Origin: Octopus vulgaris
Lineage: Eukaryota
Direction of reading: 5' to 3'
Assembly: GCA_951406725.2 (NCBI GenBank)
Contig: OX597821.1
Coordinates: 101,928,001 to 101,992,000 of the forward strand
Length of the DNA: 64,000 nt
Part shown: piece after piece, positions 1-11,410 of the stretch
Numbering within the stretch: the first letter of the stretch is position 1
Layout: every line of letters begins with the position of its first letter
Position numbers and translations under genes: made by a program
The notes under the pieces: model-generated
What the model saw: the letters and a program-made list of their open reading frames with translations, nothing else
Told to the model about the DNA's origin: nothing
The model's database searches: none

Positions 1-1011
1 CCACATTTTGTTTAGGGAAAGACTGTCATGACAGCATTCAACAACCATATGCCTTTACTATTGCCAGTTCTTGTTCCCAAGTAAGGCACTTACTATCCTG
101 TCTTTTGTGCAAATAGAGTGCACAGTGATATGGCATATTTTTAAAGCAGGCATAAATATCGATGCTGCCTAAATTGTGAAACTGTTTTAAACTTCAGTGC
201 GAAGACAGAAACACATGTATTCAAGCATATTGATACATACACACACAATGGGATTCTGTATAGTTTGCACAGAGTTTTGGTCAGCCTGGTGGTACGGAAA
301 ACATTTGCTCATAGTAATAATACAATAAGGGTAAACTTGAAACCCTATGGTTACAAAAAGAGCCTCTTAATCATTGCCTGTGATTAGGCTGAAAAATTAT
401 ATCTTTGGTATTTTAATTGTATAAATTTGGTCAATCCAGGGCTGTCGTAGAAGACACATGCCTGAAATGCTGCAGGGTTCAGTCCCATTGCATGGTACCT
501 TGGATAAATATCTTGTACTATAAACCCAAAGCCTTGTGAGTGAATTTCAGAAATAGGATGTGAGAAAGCCCATCAAGTGTGTGTGTGTGTGTTAGTTTTC
601 CAGATCCCTTGACTTGACACTGTATGAAGGTGTCCATTTCCAATCTCCCCTGTAAAAATGCCAAGCCTTGGAGATATGGCAAGGGTTGGTGACAGGAAGG
701 GCATCCGGCCAGAGAAAATCTGCTTCAAAAGATTTTGTCTGAGTCATGTGATCATGAAAAAGTGGATGTTGAAACGATGATGATGATGATGAAATTCCTA
801 ATTTTAGGCACATAACTACAAATTTGTTTGGAGAGAGAGGCTAATAAATTATATATCAATCTCCAGAAGGATAAAAGGCAAAGATAGAGATGAGACTAAA
901 CACCAGAAGGCATATTGTCCATTACTTCAACAATTCTTCCCATAACTGTTGAATCAGAATACATTCCACAAGATTTAACATAAAAACTATAGATTGAAAA
1001 TAAATTCTTAC

Positions 1012-1093
1012 TTGATTCTCCAGAGGAATTTCGTTTCTTCTTTTTATCCTTCTCTTCTTTATGATTTTGTGCTTCAAGATAACCATCAGGGTA
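1012..1093 (-). CDS. UHRF1: UHRF1 coding exon 14 (start of polybasic spacer)
   Basis: ttttttAG|YPDGYLEAQNHKEEKDKKKKRNSSGES|GTAAGA; the YPxGYLEA motif is typical of UHRF1; 82 nt. Confidence 0.92.
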
Positions 1094-1217
1094 CTAAAAA
1101 AATCAAAGTAGAAGTTTGAGAATAGCAGAAAAAAAATTGAGATTGAGGGTGGTGGGGAGAAAACAGCAGGTAAGTGGAGCAATCCAAGAAAATGCTAAAA
1201 AGTCACATGCTGCTTAC

Positions 1218-1355
1218 CTGCATGGCGAGACCAAGCTCTTTAATACGTTTTTTGCCTGAATTTGTCCATGGTGCAGATTGCGTATCATCTCTCCGTAAAA
1301 AGTAACGCCAAACTAGAAATCCAGACTTTCCTTTAGCTGGCCAATATTTGACAAT
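1218..1355 (-). CDS. UHRF1: UHRF1 coding exon 13 (SRA end)
   Basis: [46 protein letters not shown]|GTAAGC; 138 nt. Confidence 0.96.
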
Positions 1356-1525
1356 CTGAAATTTAAAAGAAGAATCTTTAAAATTTGGAGATGAGGGCAA
1401 TGATAGAATTAAGTGAAAAAAGATTTTAATTCAGATAATTATGTGTTTATTTACCATACTATTCAATGAGTTTTAAGTCGAAAAATTCCCATTCCCCCAC
1501 CCCTATTTCTGTTGAAATATACTGC

Positions 1526-1907
1526 CTTTTATCTGTTTCAGTCGTTTGACTGCAGCCATGCTGGAGCACCGCCTTTAGTCAAACAAATCAATTGCAGGAC
1601 TTATTCTTTGTAAGATAGTACTTATTTTATTAGTCTCTTTTGCCGAACCGCAAAGTTACAGGGACATAAACACATCAACATCAGTTGTCAAGCGATGGTA
1701 GGGGGACAAACACATACACACACGCATATATATATATGTATATACACGACAGGCTTCTTTCAGTTTCTGCCTACCAAATCCATTCACAAAGCTTTGGTCG
1801 GCCTGAGGCTAGAGAAGACACTTACCCAAGGCGCCACACAGTGTGACTGAACTCAGAACCATATGGTTGGTAAGCAAGCTACTTGCCACACAGCCACTCC
1901 TGCACCT
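1526..1907 (-). mobile_element. tRNA-derived SINE, family A (most abundant family here)
   Basis: Minus-strand head with TGGCTGTGTGG A box and GTTCAGTC B box, internal (CA/TA)n, tail ...GACTGAAACA. Many near-identical copies in the window. Confidence 0.85.
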
Positions 1908-2521
1908 TTGTTTCAATTATTATTATTCTTATTATTATTTTGAAAATAATGAATTCAGTAAAATAACTTAAGCTGGTGCCTCAGGTGGAGAACTGACAGA
2001 ATGAATCATTAGCACACCAGGCAAAATGCTTAGCAGCATTTCATCCATCTCTTTACATTTTGAGTTCAAATTCTGTCATGGTCAACTTTGCCTTTCATCC
2101 CTTAAGGGTTGATAAAATAAGTACCAGTTGAGCACTGGGGTTGATGTAATAAACTTACCACCCCTCTGAAATTGCTGATTTTGTGCCAAAATTTGAAACG
2201 ATAATTAAGCTGGTGTTTGGAACATAAATACGAAATTTTGATAGGTTTTAATCCTTTAGTATTCAAAGTGGCTATATCAGGCCTAAATATTCCACTAGTA
2301 ATATGTTCAAACTGGCCAGGTCAGGCCTCTCAGATCTACTCTACAATGTCATTCTAAAAATAAACAGTCATATATTGTTGAAATCTTGAAGGTACGAGAT
2401 AATGTTTAATAAATTCAAAGCAATATGAACAAATAAGCATTACGTTTGACAAAGTAATCTGAATGCTAATGTTAAAATCACAAAGTACTGTTAGATTTCA
2501 GAAAATCCAACAATCACTTGC

Positions 2522-2684
2522 CTTATAAATACCATCATATCGATTGCCTTCTAGAGGAGCGTATTTGGAATGTTTGCGGCCTTTACAACTGCGCACTACA
2601 CGTACAGGCTTACCAGCACGCCAGTCCTTAGCTTCAGTACCTTTCTTATCATCCAGTGGAGCATTGCAGTTGCGTGCAAGGGCC
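2522..2684 (-). CDS. UHRF1: UHRF1 coding exon 12 (SRA), followed by a GC donor
   Basis: [54 protein letters not shown]|GCAAGT; 163 nt. Confidence 0.94.
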
Positions 2685-2790
2685 CTGATTGCCAAAAGAG
2701 AAAAAAAAAAAAAAAGGATAGACATGAAAGTGATGTTTGTTAAGATATTGATAAAATTACAATACAGAGCAAACAAGGTTATAAACTTAC

Positions 2791-2897
2791 TTGTTATATC
2801 GAGTTAAGGTCTGATCACAAGATTGCTCTGCAGTTCTTTTGTTCCCTGACAGATCTCTGCCACCACTTCCTGTGTATGTGAAATCATCACCATTGTC
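2791..2897 (-). CDS. UHRF1: UHRF1 coding exon 11 (SRA, NKR finger)
   Basis: [35 protein letters not shown](K)|GTAAGT; 107 nt. Confidence 0.96.
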
Positions 2898-3524
2898 CTG
2901 TTAATTAAATTAAAAGTTAAAAGCAAAGAATGACGAGTGAATGACATTTACACGACTATACATATCTCAGGATTTTTCATTTACTGCTTTCGATCACAAG
3001 ATTGCAGCCAAATCAGGCATTATTGCCTTCAAGGGTTCAGTCAAACAAATCGACCCCAGTGCTTAATTTTATGTCAGGCACTGATTCCACTGGTCTCTTT
3101 TAACTAAATGCTAAGTTATAGGGACATAAACAAACCAATATTGGTTGTCAGGTGAATGAGGGAGTGACAGAAAAACAACCAGTACACTCTGTAAAGTGGT
3201 TGGGGCTAGGAAGGACATCCAGCTGCAGAAACCATGCCAAAACAGCCGGCCAGCTCCATTCAAACCAACTAACCCATGCCAGCATGGAATGCAAACATTA
3301 AATGATGACAATGATATACAACAGGCTTCCACACAGTTCCCATCTACCAAATACAGTTACAAGGTATTGCTTAACCCAAGATTATAGCAGAAGACACTTG
3401 CCCAAGGTGATGCCCAGCACAACTGAACCCAAAATCACAGGGTTGCAAAATGAGCTTCTTAATTACAAAAAGATTTCAAACCAATTTATGTGCTATATTT
3501 CATACAATTATTTTTGTGGATACA

Positions 3525-4025
3525 TTCATCATCATCATCATTTAACATCCATTTTCAATGCTGATATGGGTTGGACGGTTTGACAAGAGCTGGCCAGCCA
3601 GAGAGCTGTACCAGGATCCAATTGTCTATGTTGGCAATTTGGCAAGGTTTCCACAGCTTGCCAGCACCGCCCCGTTTCGTGTCCGTTGCCAGCCTCGCCT
3701 GGCCCTCGTGCCGGTGGCACATAAAAAGCACCATCCGTTCGTGGCCGTTTGCCAGCTCTGTCTGGCACCAGTGCGGGTGGCACGTAAAAAGCACCCACTA
3801 CACTCACGGAGTGGTTGGCGTTAGGAAGGGCATCCAGCCGTAGAAACACTGCCAGATTTGACTGGGCCTGATGAAGCCTTCTGGCTTCACAGACCCCAGT
3901 AGAACCGTCCAACCCATGCTAGCATGGAAAACGGACGCTAAACGATGATGATGATGATGATGCCCTTCCTAATGCCAACCACTTTACAGAGTGTACTGGG
4001 TGCTTTTTACATGGTTACCAGCACG
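3525..4025. mobile_element. RTE-tailed repeat (family B): plus-strand copy (~3655-3961) nested inside a minus-strand copy
   Basis: GTTGGCGTTAGGAAGGGCATCCAGC...CCATGCTAGCATGG...(ATG)n tail; the host copy is interrupted at CAGCT|GATGCCC. Confidence 0.8.
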
Positions 4026-4387
4026 GGTAATTTTTGTTACACAAAATTTTATTTTCAGAACAACAAACTACTGAATACAAAATATTTATTCAACTAAATG
4101 CATGTGGGTGCAATCTCTCTTTTCCCTCCCCCTCCATGCCTGCTGTTGTCAGCAATCATAGATTTCCATGCCAACATCTTTAACACTCTACTTGTGTCCT
4201 ACTGTCCTGAGATTACCCTCAAAGTAGAGAGCTTATCTAATTTATCAGCAAGAGGACTGGTTCGCATGACAACATATTTCACATTTTTCAACAATCATTT
4301 TATAATAAGTTGGGAAAGTGGAACATCTCTATATGTAGGATCAATTGTACTATTCAAGCCACAAATTTAAAAGGCATTTCATTATAG

Positions 4388-4674
4388 AAATGAGGATACT
4401 ACATAACACTCCTATTTATGGCTTTGCAACTGGTGTTATTGAGTAAAATGAATTATAAAAATTCCTACTCAAAAAGAAACAAATAGTTTAAAGTTGCATA
4501 ATCATAAAAATGAGGATACTACATAATTTCTTTTTTTATTTCATACATAATAGGAATAAAAGTAGATGCCACTCCTATTTATGGCTTTGCAACTGGTGTT
4601 ATTGAGTAAAATGAATTATAAAAATTCCTACTTAAAAAGAAACAAATAGTTTAAAGTTGCATAATCATAAAAAT
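4388..4674 (+). repeat. Recent local duplication in intron 10
   Basis: 4407-4511 is repeated at 4570-4674 (105 nt, one mismatch seen); 4388-4406 is repeated at 4508-4526. Confidence 0.9.
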
Positions 4675-4981
4675 ATGCAAAGGAATGAAATGAGAAAGAA
4701 ATGAAAAAGACTCCACATGATTTTTAAAAAAAAAATTTTTTTTTTTATCTTTTCAAATAGTCTTGCTAATCTGTAGGATAGTTTTGTTGGGCAACTGTTC
4801 TTTGCCAGCAGAATTTGTTGAGGTAGATTTTCTACAGCCAAATGCCTTTCCTGCTGTCAACATTCACCTGTTTCTAGAAAACTAATATTTTCTCCAAGCC
4901 AAATATATTTTCATTGCAGGTTGGGAAGAAAGGACACCACCTGTATGATAGTGGCACTTGTTTACAACTATAGTGTGATGT

Positions 4982-5295
4982 GTGGAGGCGCAATGGCCCA
5001 GTGGTTAGGGCAGCAGATTCACAGTCGGAGGATCACGGTTTTGATTCCCAGACCGGGCGTTGCGTGTGTTTATTGAACGCAAACGCCTAAAAGCTTCTTG
5101 AGGCTCCGGCAGGGGGTGGTGGCGACCCCTGTTGTACTCTTTCGCCACAACTTTCTTTCACTCTCGCTTCCTGTTTCTTGAGTAATGCTGCGATGGACTG
5201 GCGTCCCGTCCAGCTGGGGGGAACATATACACCACACAAACTGGGAAACTGGGCCCATGAGCCTGGTTAGGCTTGAAAAGGGTGACATTTATCGT
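4982..5295 (+). mobile_element. tRNA-derived SINE, family E, with 13-bp TSD
   Basis: Head GGAGGCGCAATGGCCCAGTGGTTAGG; body GCGATGGACTGGCGTCCCGTCCAG; TSD TATAGTGTGATGT at 4969-4981 and 5296-5308. Confidence 0.88.
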
Positions 5296-5732
5296 TATAG
5301 TGTGATGTAAAAACAATGAAACACAAGACACACTTATGATGGACTTATTTCAGTTTCTTGCCTATCACATCTATTCACAAGGTCAGCTTGGAGCTACAAT
5401 AGAAGACACTTGCCCAAAGTACCAGGCAGTGGAATTGAACCCAAGACCATATGGTTGGGAAGCTGCATATTTCTTAACCACACAGCCAGAGAAAAACAAG
5501 ACTAGAGTGAAAGAAAGAGCATCCAATTACTTTTAATATAGAGGAGAGAAAGAAAGACTAATGAAATGGTGAAGAGGAAAAAGAGGCAAGCTGCCTGCTG
5601 AGTAAAAGCAGGAGAGAGAGTAAAACAATAGAGTGAGAGTGTATGTGGCGCAGATGGTCTAAACAAGTTACTGTTGTGAAAAAGAACTGCCGTCTACTTT
5701 AAATGGAAACAAGAACAAAGATGCCTACTCAC

Positions 5733-5837
5733 TACATCATCCTCATATCCTCCAGAAAGTACAATTGAAAATGCACCCACATCCTCACGGCCATGGATGC
5801 CTGCAACATGAGGTCTGTGAATTCCTGCTTCACTGAC
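5733..5837 (-). CDS. UHRF1: UHRF1 coding exon 10 (SRA)
   Basis: [35 protein letters not shown]|GTGAGT; 105 nt. Confidence 0.97.
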
Positions 5838-8403
5838 CTGAAAAATAAATCTTGAGATTAAAAACAAGGCTAAGAAAAAGAAAAAAAAAGGGACATGATA
5901 AGGGGTGAAGTGGAGAGAAATCAAAGAAAATAATGAACACTCCAGATATGAGATTACATTCACATCATTCCATTCCCACTCTCTACAGAAAAAAAAAACA
6001 ATAACTTTACAAAGGAAAGTAGTGCCGTTAGCCTTATTTAGTATTGCTTAGGTTGGGGGTGGTGAAGATGCTGCTTTTTGAATTCATGTAGAGCTGATGG
6101 AGGAGTCTTATCTTTTCAAGGCCCCCAACTACAGAGAAAGCAGTGTAGTTTTGGAATAAAAGATGTCAATGTACAAAAAGTTAAAGAGGAATGAGGTTGG
6201 TGTCATTTACATAGGAATAAGTTTACAAGGGTAAGTAAGAAGATCATTAATACAGAGCAGGAGAAATAACAGACACCTTTTCAAGGAACAAACCAGATCT
6301 GACAGAATGTGAACTGGAGTGAACCTGTCAATGTATGATGTTATGGATCAGTTTCATAGGGAACTTTTAATCCCCCAAAAGAGTTACAAACAGGGTCCAT
6401 ATGCTGTGGGAAAACAGTAAAGTTTTAGTAATGAAACACTGATTTTGCTGAAGGGCAAGGGACAACACAGTAGAGCAAGTAATGGTTTCTTCTACAGAAA
6501 CCATTACTGGTAGTCAATCACAAAGGAAAAATACTCAATATGATTATGGAATTAGTTGTTTACATAACTCTCCACTATGTTTGATATCCTGAAAGTGAAG
6601 GAAAAGTTTATAGGGTCAAAAAGATTGCCCTTCTATGGAATATGGACACAGCATTACATGTGTCAAATGACTGGGATATGTCCCTGTTGAGAGAGAATGA
6701 CTTGATAATTTGGTAAAGATGCTAGCCCTGCAGCACGCTATTTGAGAACAATCAAAAGGATACTGTCAAAATGTACTGAGGTAAGCAGGGAAGATCTCAT
6801 GCTAAGCAATTGTGAATAAGTGGTGGAGTGAAGAAGGAAGCCACATGAGTTGGATAAAGTGACTTTAAAAAGACTGCCATCATCCTGGTTGTGTGGCAAA
6901 TGAGTTATTTTCTGGAAGGTTGAGACTCATTTGTCAAGAAACTGAAAGGCTCACCACACAATGCATATAAAACATTTTTGCTTTCCTGACAGCTGGCCTT
7001 CCAGGTGTTGTTGTGAATAAATGCTTTCACATTTAGTGATGGTAAATAAAATTCTCAAGATGTTGCAGACAGTAGACTTAATCTCTGTGAGTGCAACACA
7101 GGTGCTAGTAAACCACTAGGGATGGCTGGTAGGGGGATGTCTTTAGACTTTGGTTGTGAGTGACATGCTTAAGAAGATTTTACTAGCTACCTGCTTAACT
7201 AACTGGAACAGTGTTTCTGTCATTCCAAGAAAGAAAAAAAAACCCCCACAAAAAGCAGAATATTTTATGTTTGAGAGGGCGATTTCCTTTTATTCTTTAA
7301 CAAATAAATAAAATACAGGAGTGGTCAGTTTAGTCCAACTACACCTACATCTTCCTGGGTCTTGTTCAAAATATTTGACAATACAGTTAATAAAATAGCC
7401 AAAGCAATTTCCTAAACTTGGTTTTGAATCATTTTTATACATTCACAACGTATGATGTGGAGAAGAGTACACATGAAAGACCAACATTCACCTATAATAA
7501 ATACATAAATCTGAGAGTTTACATTCTTTTTAAATACTTGAAAGAAATATAGCACAACCACTACCATCATCGTGTTTCTCAGAGAATGTTCGCAGATATC
7601 TAAATGTTTTATGTTGAAAGCTCACATTGTGATAGTCTTATCTCCCTTTACACTGAATAGATTAGAAAGGTTTCCAATATTTCAAAAACTATGCACATAA
7701 AATAACGACTTTTGAAATAGACAAAAAGGACTTAGATAATAGGTATATTTGATTAAAAGAGCTCCAGTACTTTTTCAAAGGATATGTTCAATGGTCCATG
7801 ATTCTGACACAAATACCCAATGTTAAACGATCTATGAAATTAATTGAAACAAAGACTATATTTCCAAAAAAATATGGTAATAAAAAGGGTAAATAATGCC
7901 AAAAAATTACAAAAAAATGCAACAAAATTAAGTAAAATATTGGACTTCCAAAGATATATAAAAAAAATTATTGAACAAGTACTATTTAACACTTTTGTTA
8001 CCATATTTTTAAAAAAAATAAACTGCTAATGTTTCAATTAATTTTGAAATAAAAAATGTAGTAAAATAATTTTGTTAAGCTGCTTTTTTTAAAACCTAAA
8101 TTAACATGAAATTCTGAGGGAAGGTTTTAATTTAAATCTTTTTAAAACAGAAGTTTGTATCATAGAACCAGGAATTTTCTCAGATAGGTTGGTATCAAAA
8201 AGGTTTTAGAATATTTTAGCATTGAGTCCATTGTAACTGCAGCAGAGAGGGAATGAGGACTCAGTTTGGAAGAAACTTTACTTCTTAGTGGTAATAGCTA
8301 TTGGTATAAACTAAAACTAAAAAAAAAAAAAAGAAAACATATTCTGTCAGAAACATTTAAATGAGAGATTGGCAATCACTTCTTATACTTATCACATATT
8401 TAC

Positions 8404-8511
8404 CTGAACTCTAAATTTCCATGTTGTTCCAACAGGTACACCAGGAATAACACCAAAATGATCTGGAGGGACCAGTGTACATTCCTTCTGCCGACCAACA
8501 CATGCCATTCC
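8404..8511 (-). CDS. UHRF1: UHRF1 coding exon 9 (SRA start)
   Basis: [36 protein letters not shown]|GTAAAT; 108 nt. Confidence 0.96.
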
Positions 8512-8776
8512 CTGAAAATTACACACATAATAAAATTAAACAATGATTTTGGAGATCTAAGTCACTATTTTGTAAATGCAAGCAAATTACAAATCTACTC
8601 AAGACAGTATATTACTAAAACTCAATTGTCCAGAGACAGCAGAATAGATTCAAGGAGAGAAACAGAACAAAATTAATTGTATCTCAATTGACTGTGAATA
8701 AAGTTAAAACAAACGTATCTTATATTCATTTACAAATTAACAGAAACCCATATTAATATATTAATAATTCATTTAA

Positions 8777-8990
8777 GCTGGCAAGCTAGCAGAACCGTTA
8801 ACACACCAGGGGCAAAATGCTTAGCAGTATTTTGTCAGTCTTTATGTTCTGGGTTCAAATTCCACTGTGGTCAACTTTGCCTTTCATTCTTTCAGGATCG
8901 ATAAAATAAGTACCAGTTGAGCACTGGGTTCCATGTAATCAACTTAACCCCTCCCCCAAAATTGCTGGCCTTGTGCCACAATTTGAAACC
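8777..8990 (+). mobile_element. Short SINE, family F (other copies ~1985-2200, 38805-39015, 39305-39510, 45898-46110, 57858-58030, 63195-63560)
   Basis: Recurring ~210-nt unit GCTGGCAGAA..GTTAGCAC..GAGTTCAAATTCC..CTTTGCCTTTCATCC..AAGTACCAGTT..AATTTGAAACC. Confidence 0.8.
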
Positions 8991-9162
8991 TGTATATTAA
9001 TAATAATTCATTTTGCCTTCTTAAACCAATCAGGTAACAGAAAGCTTCGTTTATTGGAACCATATAACAAATTATGATATAGTTCAATTTTAACTACAAG
9101 TAACCCAAAGATTAACATTTTTATCTTTTCTGAACATTAAAAACTTGTACAAGTATACTTAC

Positions 9163-9286
9163 TTTACCCCAGTCCCGTGTGCTGGTGTTTTTTGCTGAAG
9201 GCATTTTCGCTCTTTTCTTGCTTTCCTTTAGTCGTTCTCCTGCTTTAACTACAGTTCCATCGTCAACCTTGCACTCTGGACAGTAC
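9163..9286 (-). CDS. UHRF1: UHRF1 coding exon 8 (end of PHD, PHD-SRA linker)
   Basis: (W)[41 protein letters not shown]|GTAAGT; 124 nt. Confidence 0.95.
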
Positions 9287-9807
9287 CTGTAGAACAATTT
9301 TCAGTATTTCATCTATTCGATATACATGACTAATGATTTGGTAAACAGATTCTGAAGGAAGCCTCTGCCTATCTCTCTCTCTGTACATGCATCTGTTTTT
9401 GCATACCCCTGTCTTGACATCCCATGGTAATTGTAATTGAGTTTCAGTCATACAAGCAGAGCCATTAGTTTCTAGCATTCTGTGAAAACATGTTAGCTCG
9501 TGGCTATGGGGGAAATATCTTGCTGGGAAGTAGTTAAATGTTGGCAACAGGAAGGGTATCTGGACTTAGAAAATCTGCCTCAGACTCCTTTCAACCATTG
9601 CAAGCATAGAAAAGTGAATTTATATATATGTGATTAGGAAGTTCACTTGCCAAACATGTAGTTTCAGGTTCAGTCCCACTGTATAGCACCTTAGGCAAGT
9701 GACTTCTAATACAGTTTCAGGATAACCAAATCCTAGAATGGATTTGGTAGACAGAAACTGAAAGTCTGCCAAATATGCGTGTGTTTTGTCTCCATCTCTT
9801 GGCATCA

Positions 9808-10130
9808 CATCATCATCATCATTTAACGTCCATTCTCCATGCTAGCATGGGTTGGACGGTTCGACCGGGGATCTGGGAAGCCAGAAGGCTGCACCAGGCT
9901 CCAGTCTGATCTGGCAGTGTTTCTACAGCTGGATGCCCTTCCTAACGCCAACCACTCCGTGAATGTAGTGGGTGCTTTTTACGTGCCAGGCGAGGCTGGC
10001 AATGGCCATGATCGGATTGGTGCTTTTTATGTGCCACCGGCACGGAAGCCAGTCAAGGTGGCGCTGGCATTGGCCACGTTCGGATGATGCTTTTCCATGC
10101 CACCGGCACGGAAGCCAGTCTAGGCGGCGC
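9808..10130 (-). mobile_element. Family B element with internal GTGCCACCGGCAC repeats
   Basis: (CAT)n tail, terminal stem-loop, 3 internal repeat units. Confidence 0.8.
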
Positions 10131-10329
10131 GATTGACATAAATTAATGTTGCTGTTACACAGTGCTTTGTTTCCAATCTTTTGTGTAAATATGTCAAATG
10201 ACAGAGAATCTGCCTCAGTTGAATCTATCTAACCCATGCAAGCATGGAAAAATGGATGTGAAAATAATAACAATGATGATAAACACTTACACAGAAAATG
10301 TATTTATAAACAGCAAAAGTAATATTTAC

Positions 10330-10516
10330 CACTCATCCTCATCAGGTATCTTTTCTAATGGTGGTTTCAAGCAATCTAGATGGTACGCCATGTCACATTC
10401 ATCACAAAGGATTTGTTTTTCAGGATTATTCTTGCCTCCACACACACTGCAGGCACAATGTCGACACTTTCGGCGTGGGTTGTCATTGCAGTAATCACAT
10501 TCAGGTTTGTTCAATC
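10330..10516 (-). CDS. UHRF1: UHRF1 coding exon 7 (pre-PHD + PHD finger)
   Basis: LNKPECDYCNDNPRRKCRHCACSVCGGKNNPEKQILCDECDMAYHLDCLKPPLEKIPDEDEW; 187 nt; AG and GTAAAT. Confidence 0.96.
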
Positions 10517-10585
10517 CTGAAATAACCAGAAATGGTCAAATGATATAAAACAGAAAAATAAAAGGAAGAAGGAAAATTTTAGGGA

Positions 10586-10813
10586 TTAACCCTTTAGCAT
10601 TCAGATTATTCTGTCAAATGTAAAGCTTATGTATTCACACCATGTAAAATTAATCTTGCATCATTTCATGGCTTTGAGATTTCAATGATGTGATTGTTTA
10701 TTTTTGAAATGACACAATAAGGTAGCTATGAATGACCATATCTGACTAGTTTGAACATAAAATAGGTAGAATATTTTGGCCAGGTATGGCCGGTTTAAAC
10801 ACTAAAGGGTTAA
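10586..10813. mobile_element. piggyBac-type MITE, family D (other copies ~2249-2475, 17864-18091, 20789-21009, 29192-29402)
   Basis: TTAA-CCCTTTAGCATT ... AACACTAAAGGG-TTAA; fills most of intron 6. Confidence 0.85.
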
Positions 10814-10853
10814 GTGAATGGACAACTGACTGGTAATGGTAAAAAGTACAAAC

Positions 10854-10981
10854 GTTTAGCAGGAGAAGCTTCTGGATTCGTTAGCAAATGAGACTCATTC
10901 ATTTGCATGCCAGCAGACTCAATAGTAAATATTTCATCACGGAATAGAAGGTGGCAGTTCTCTAAAGGTGTCAAGTCTACT
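10854..10981 (-). CDS. UHRF1: UHRF1 coding exon 6 (end of TTD + TTD-PHD linker)
   Basis: Not in the ORF track. tttttcAG|(G)VDLTPLENCHLLFRDEIFTIESAGMQMNESHLLTNPEASPAK(R)|GTTTGT; 128 nt gives exactly the phase 2 to phase 1 bridge required. Confidence 0.9.
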
Positions 10982-11053
10982 CTGAAAAATTAAATGAAAG
11001 AAAATCAATACATTTCTTAAACAATGGGAAGCAATATGGTTCTTATAAAAAGG

Positions 11054-11410
11054 CTAGCTATTTTAACCTGTGCTTCGCTCGGGTTTTTGGTGGTGGTGTT
11101 GTTTTGTGCGTGTTGTCTCCTGTTCCCTTTCTTCTTTTGTTCGGCTTTTTTGCCTGGTTCTTTTTATTGCCCTCTTCTTTACCCCACTTTCCAAAATCTC
11201 CCAAATTTTTACACCCACAATTAAAGATAACCACCTCTAGCCCTTGAAGCAACACGAAAAGCCACCATTATTCAAACAGCGCAACTTGTCTATCCCATAA
11301 AACTCAATTTTTCCCATATTCCTCACTATGGCAACCAAATGGTAACCCCGAGCGACTTGCAACCCTCCTCACACCATTGCCCACTCCATTTGAAAAACTT
11401 GTTGAAAATG
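11054..11410 (-). mobile_element. Helitron 3' fragment
   Basis: Minus-strand hairpin CCCGAGCGAAGCACAGG about 10 nt before CTAG; 5' end not identified. Confidence 0.5.

Noticed and set aside
94-168. Possible next UHRF1 exon (AG...GTAAGT on the minus strand)
   Set aside because: No recognisable UHRF1 spacer or RING sequence; cannot be supported without transcripts.
3868-3900. CTGATGA followed by a hairpin, suggesting a hammerhead in family B
   Set aside because: No GAAA follows the hairpin (it reads TCAC), and most other copies lack the CTGATGA.
5990-7150. Possible ancient L2/CR1 RT relic on the minus strand
   Set aside because: Only faint motif echoes (e.g. FDSI) with many frameshifts; too weak to call without a profile search.
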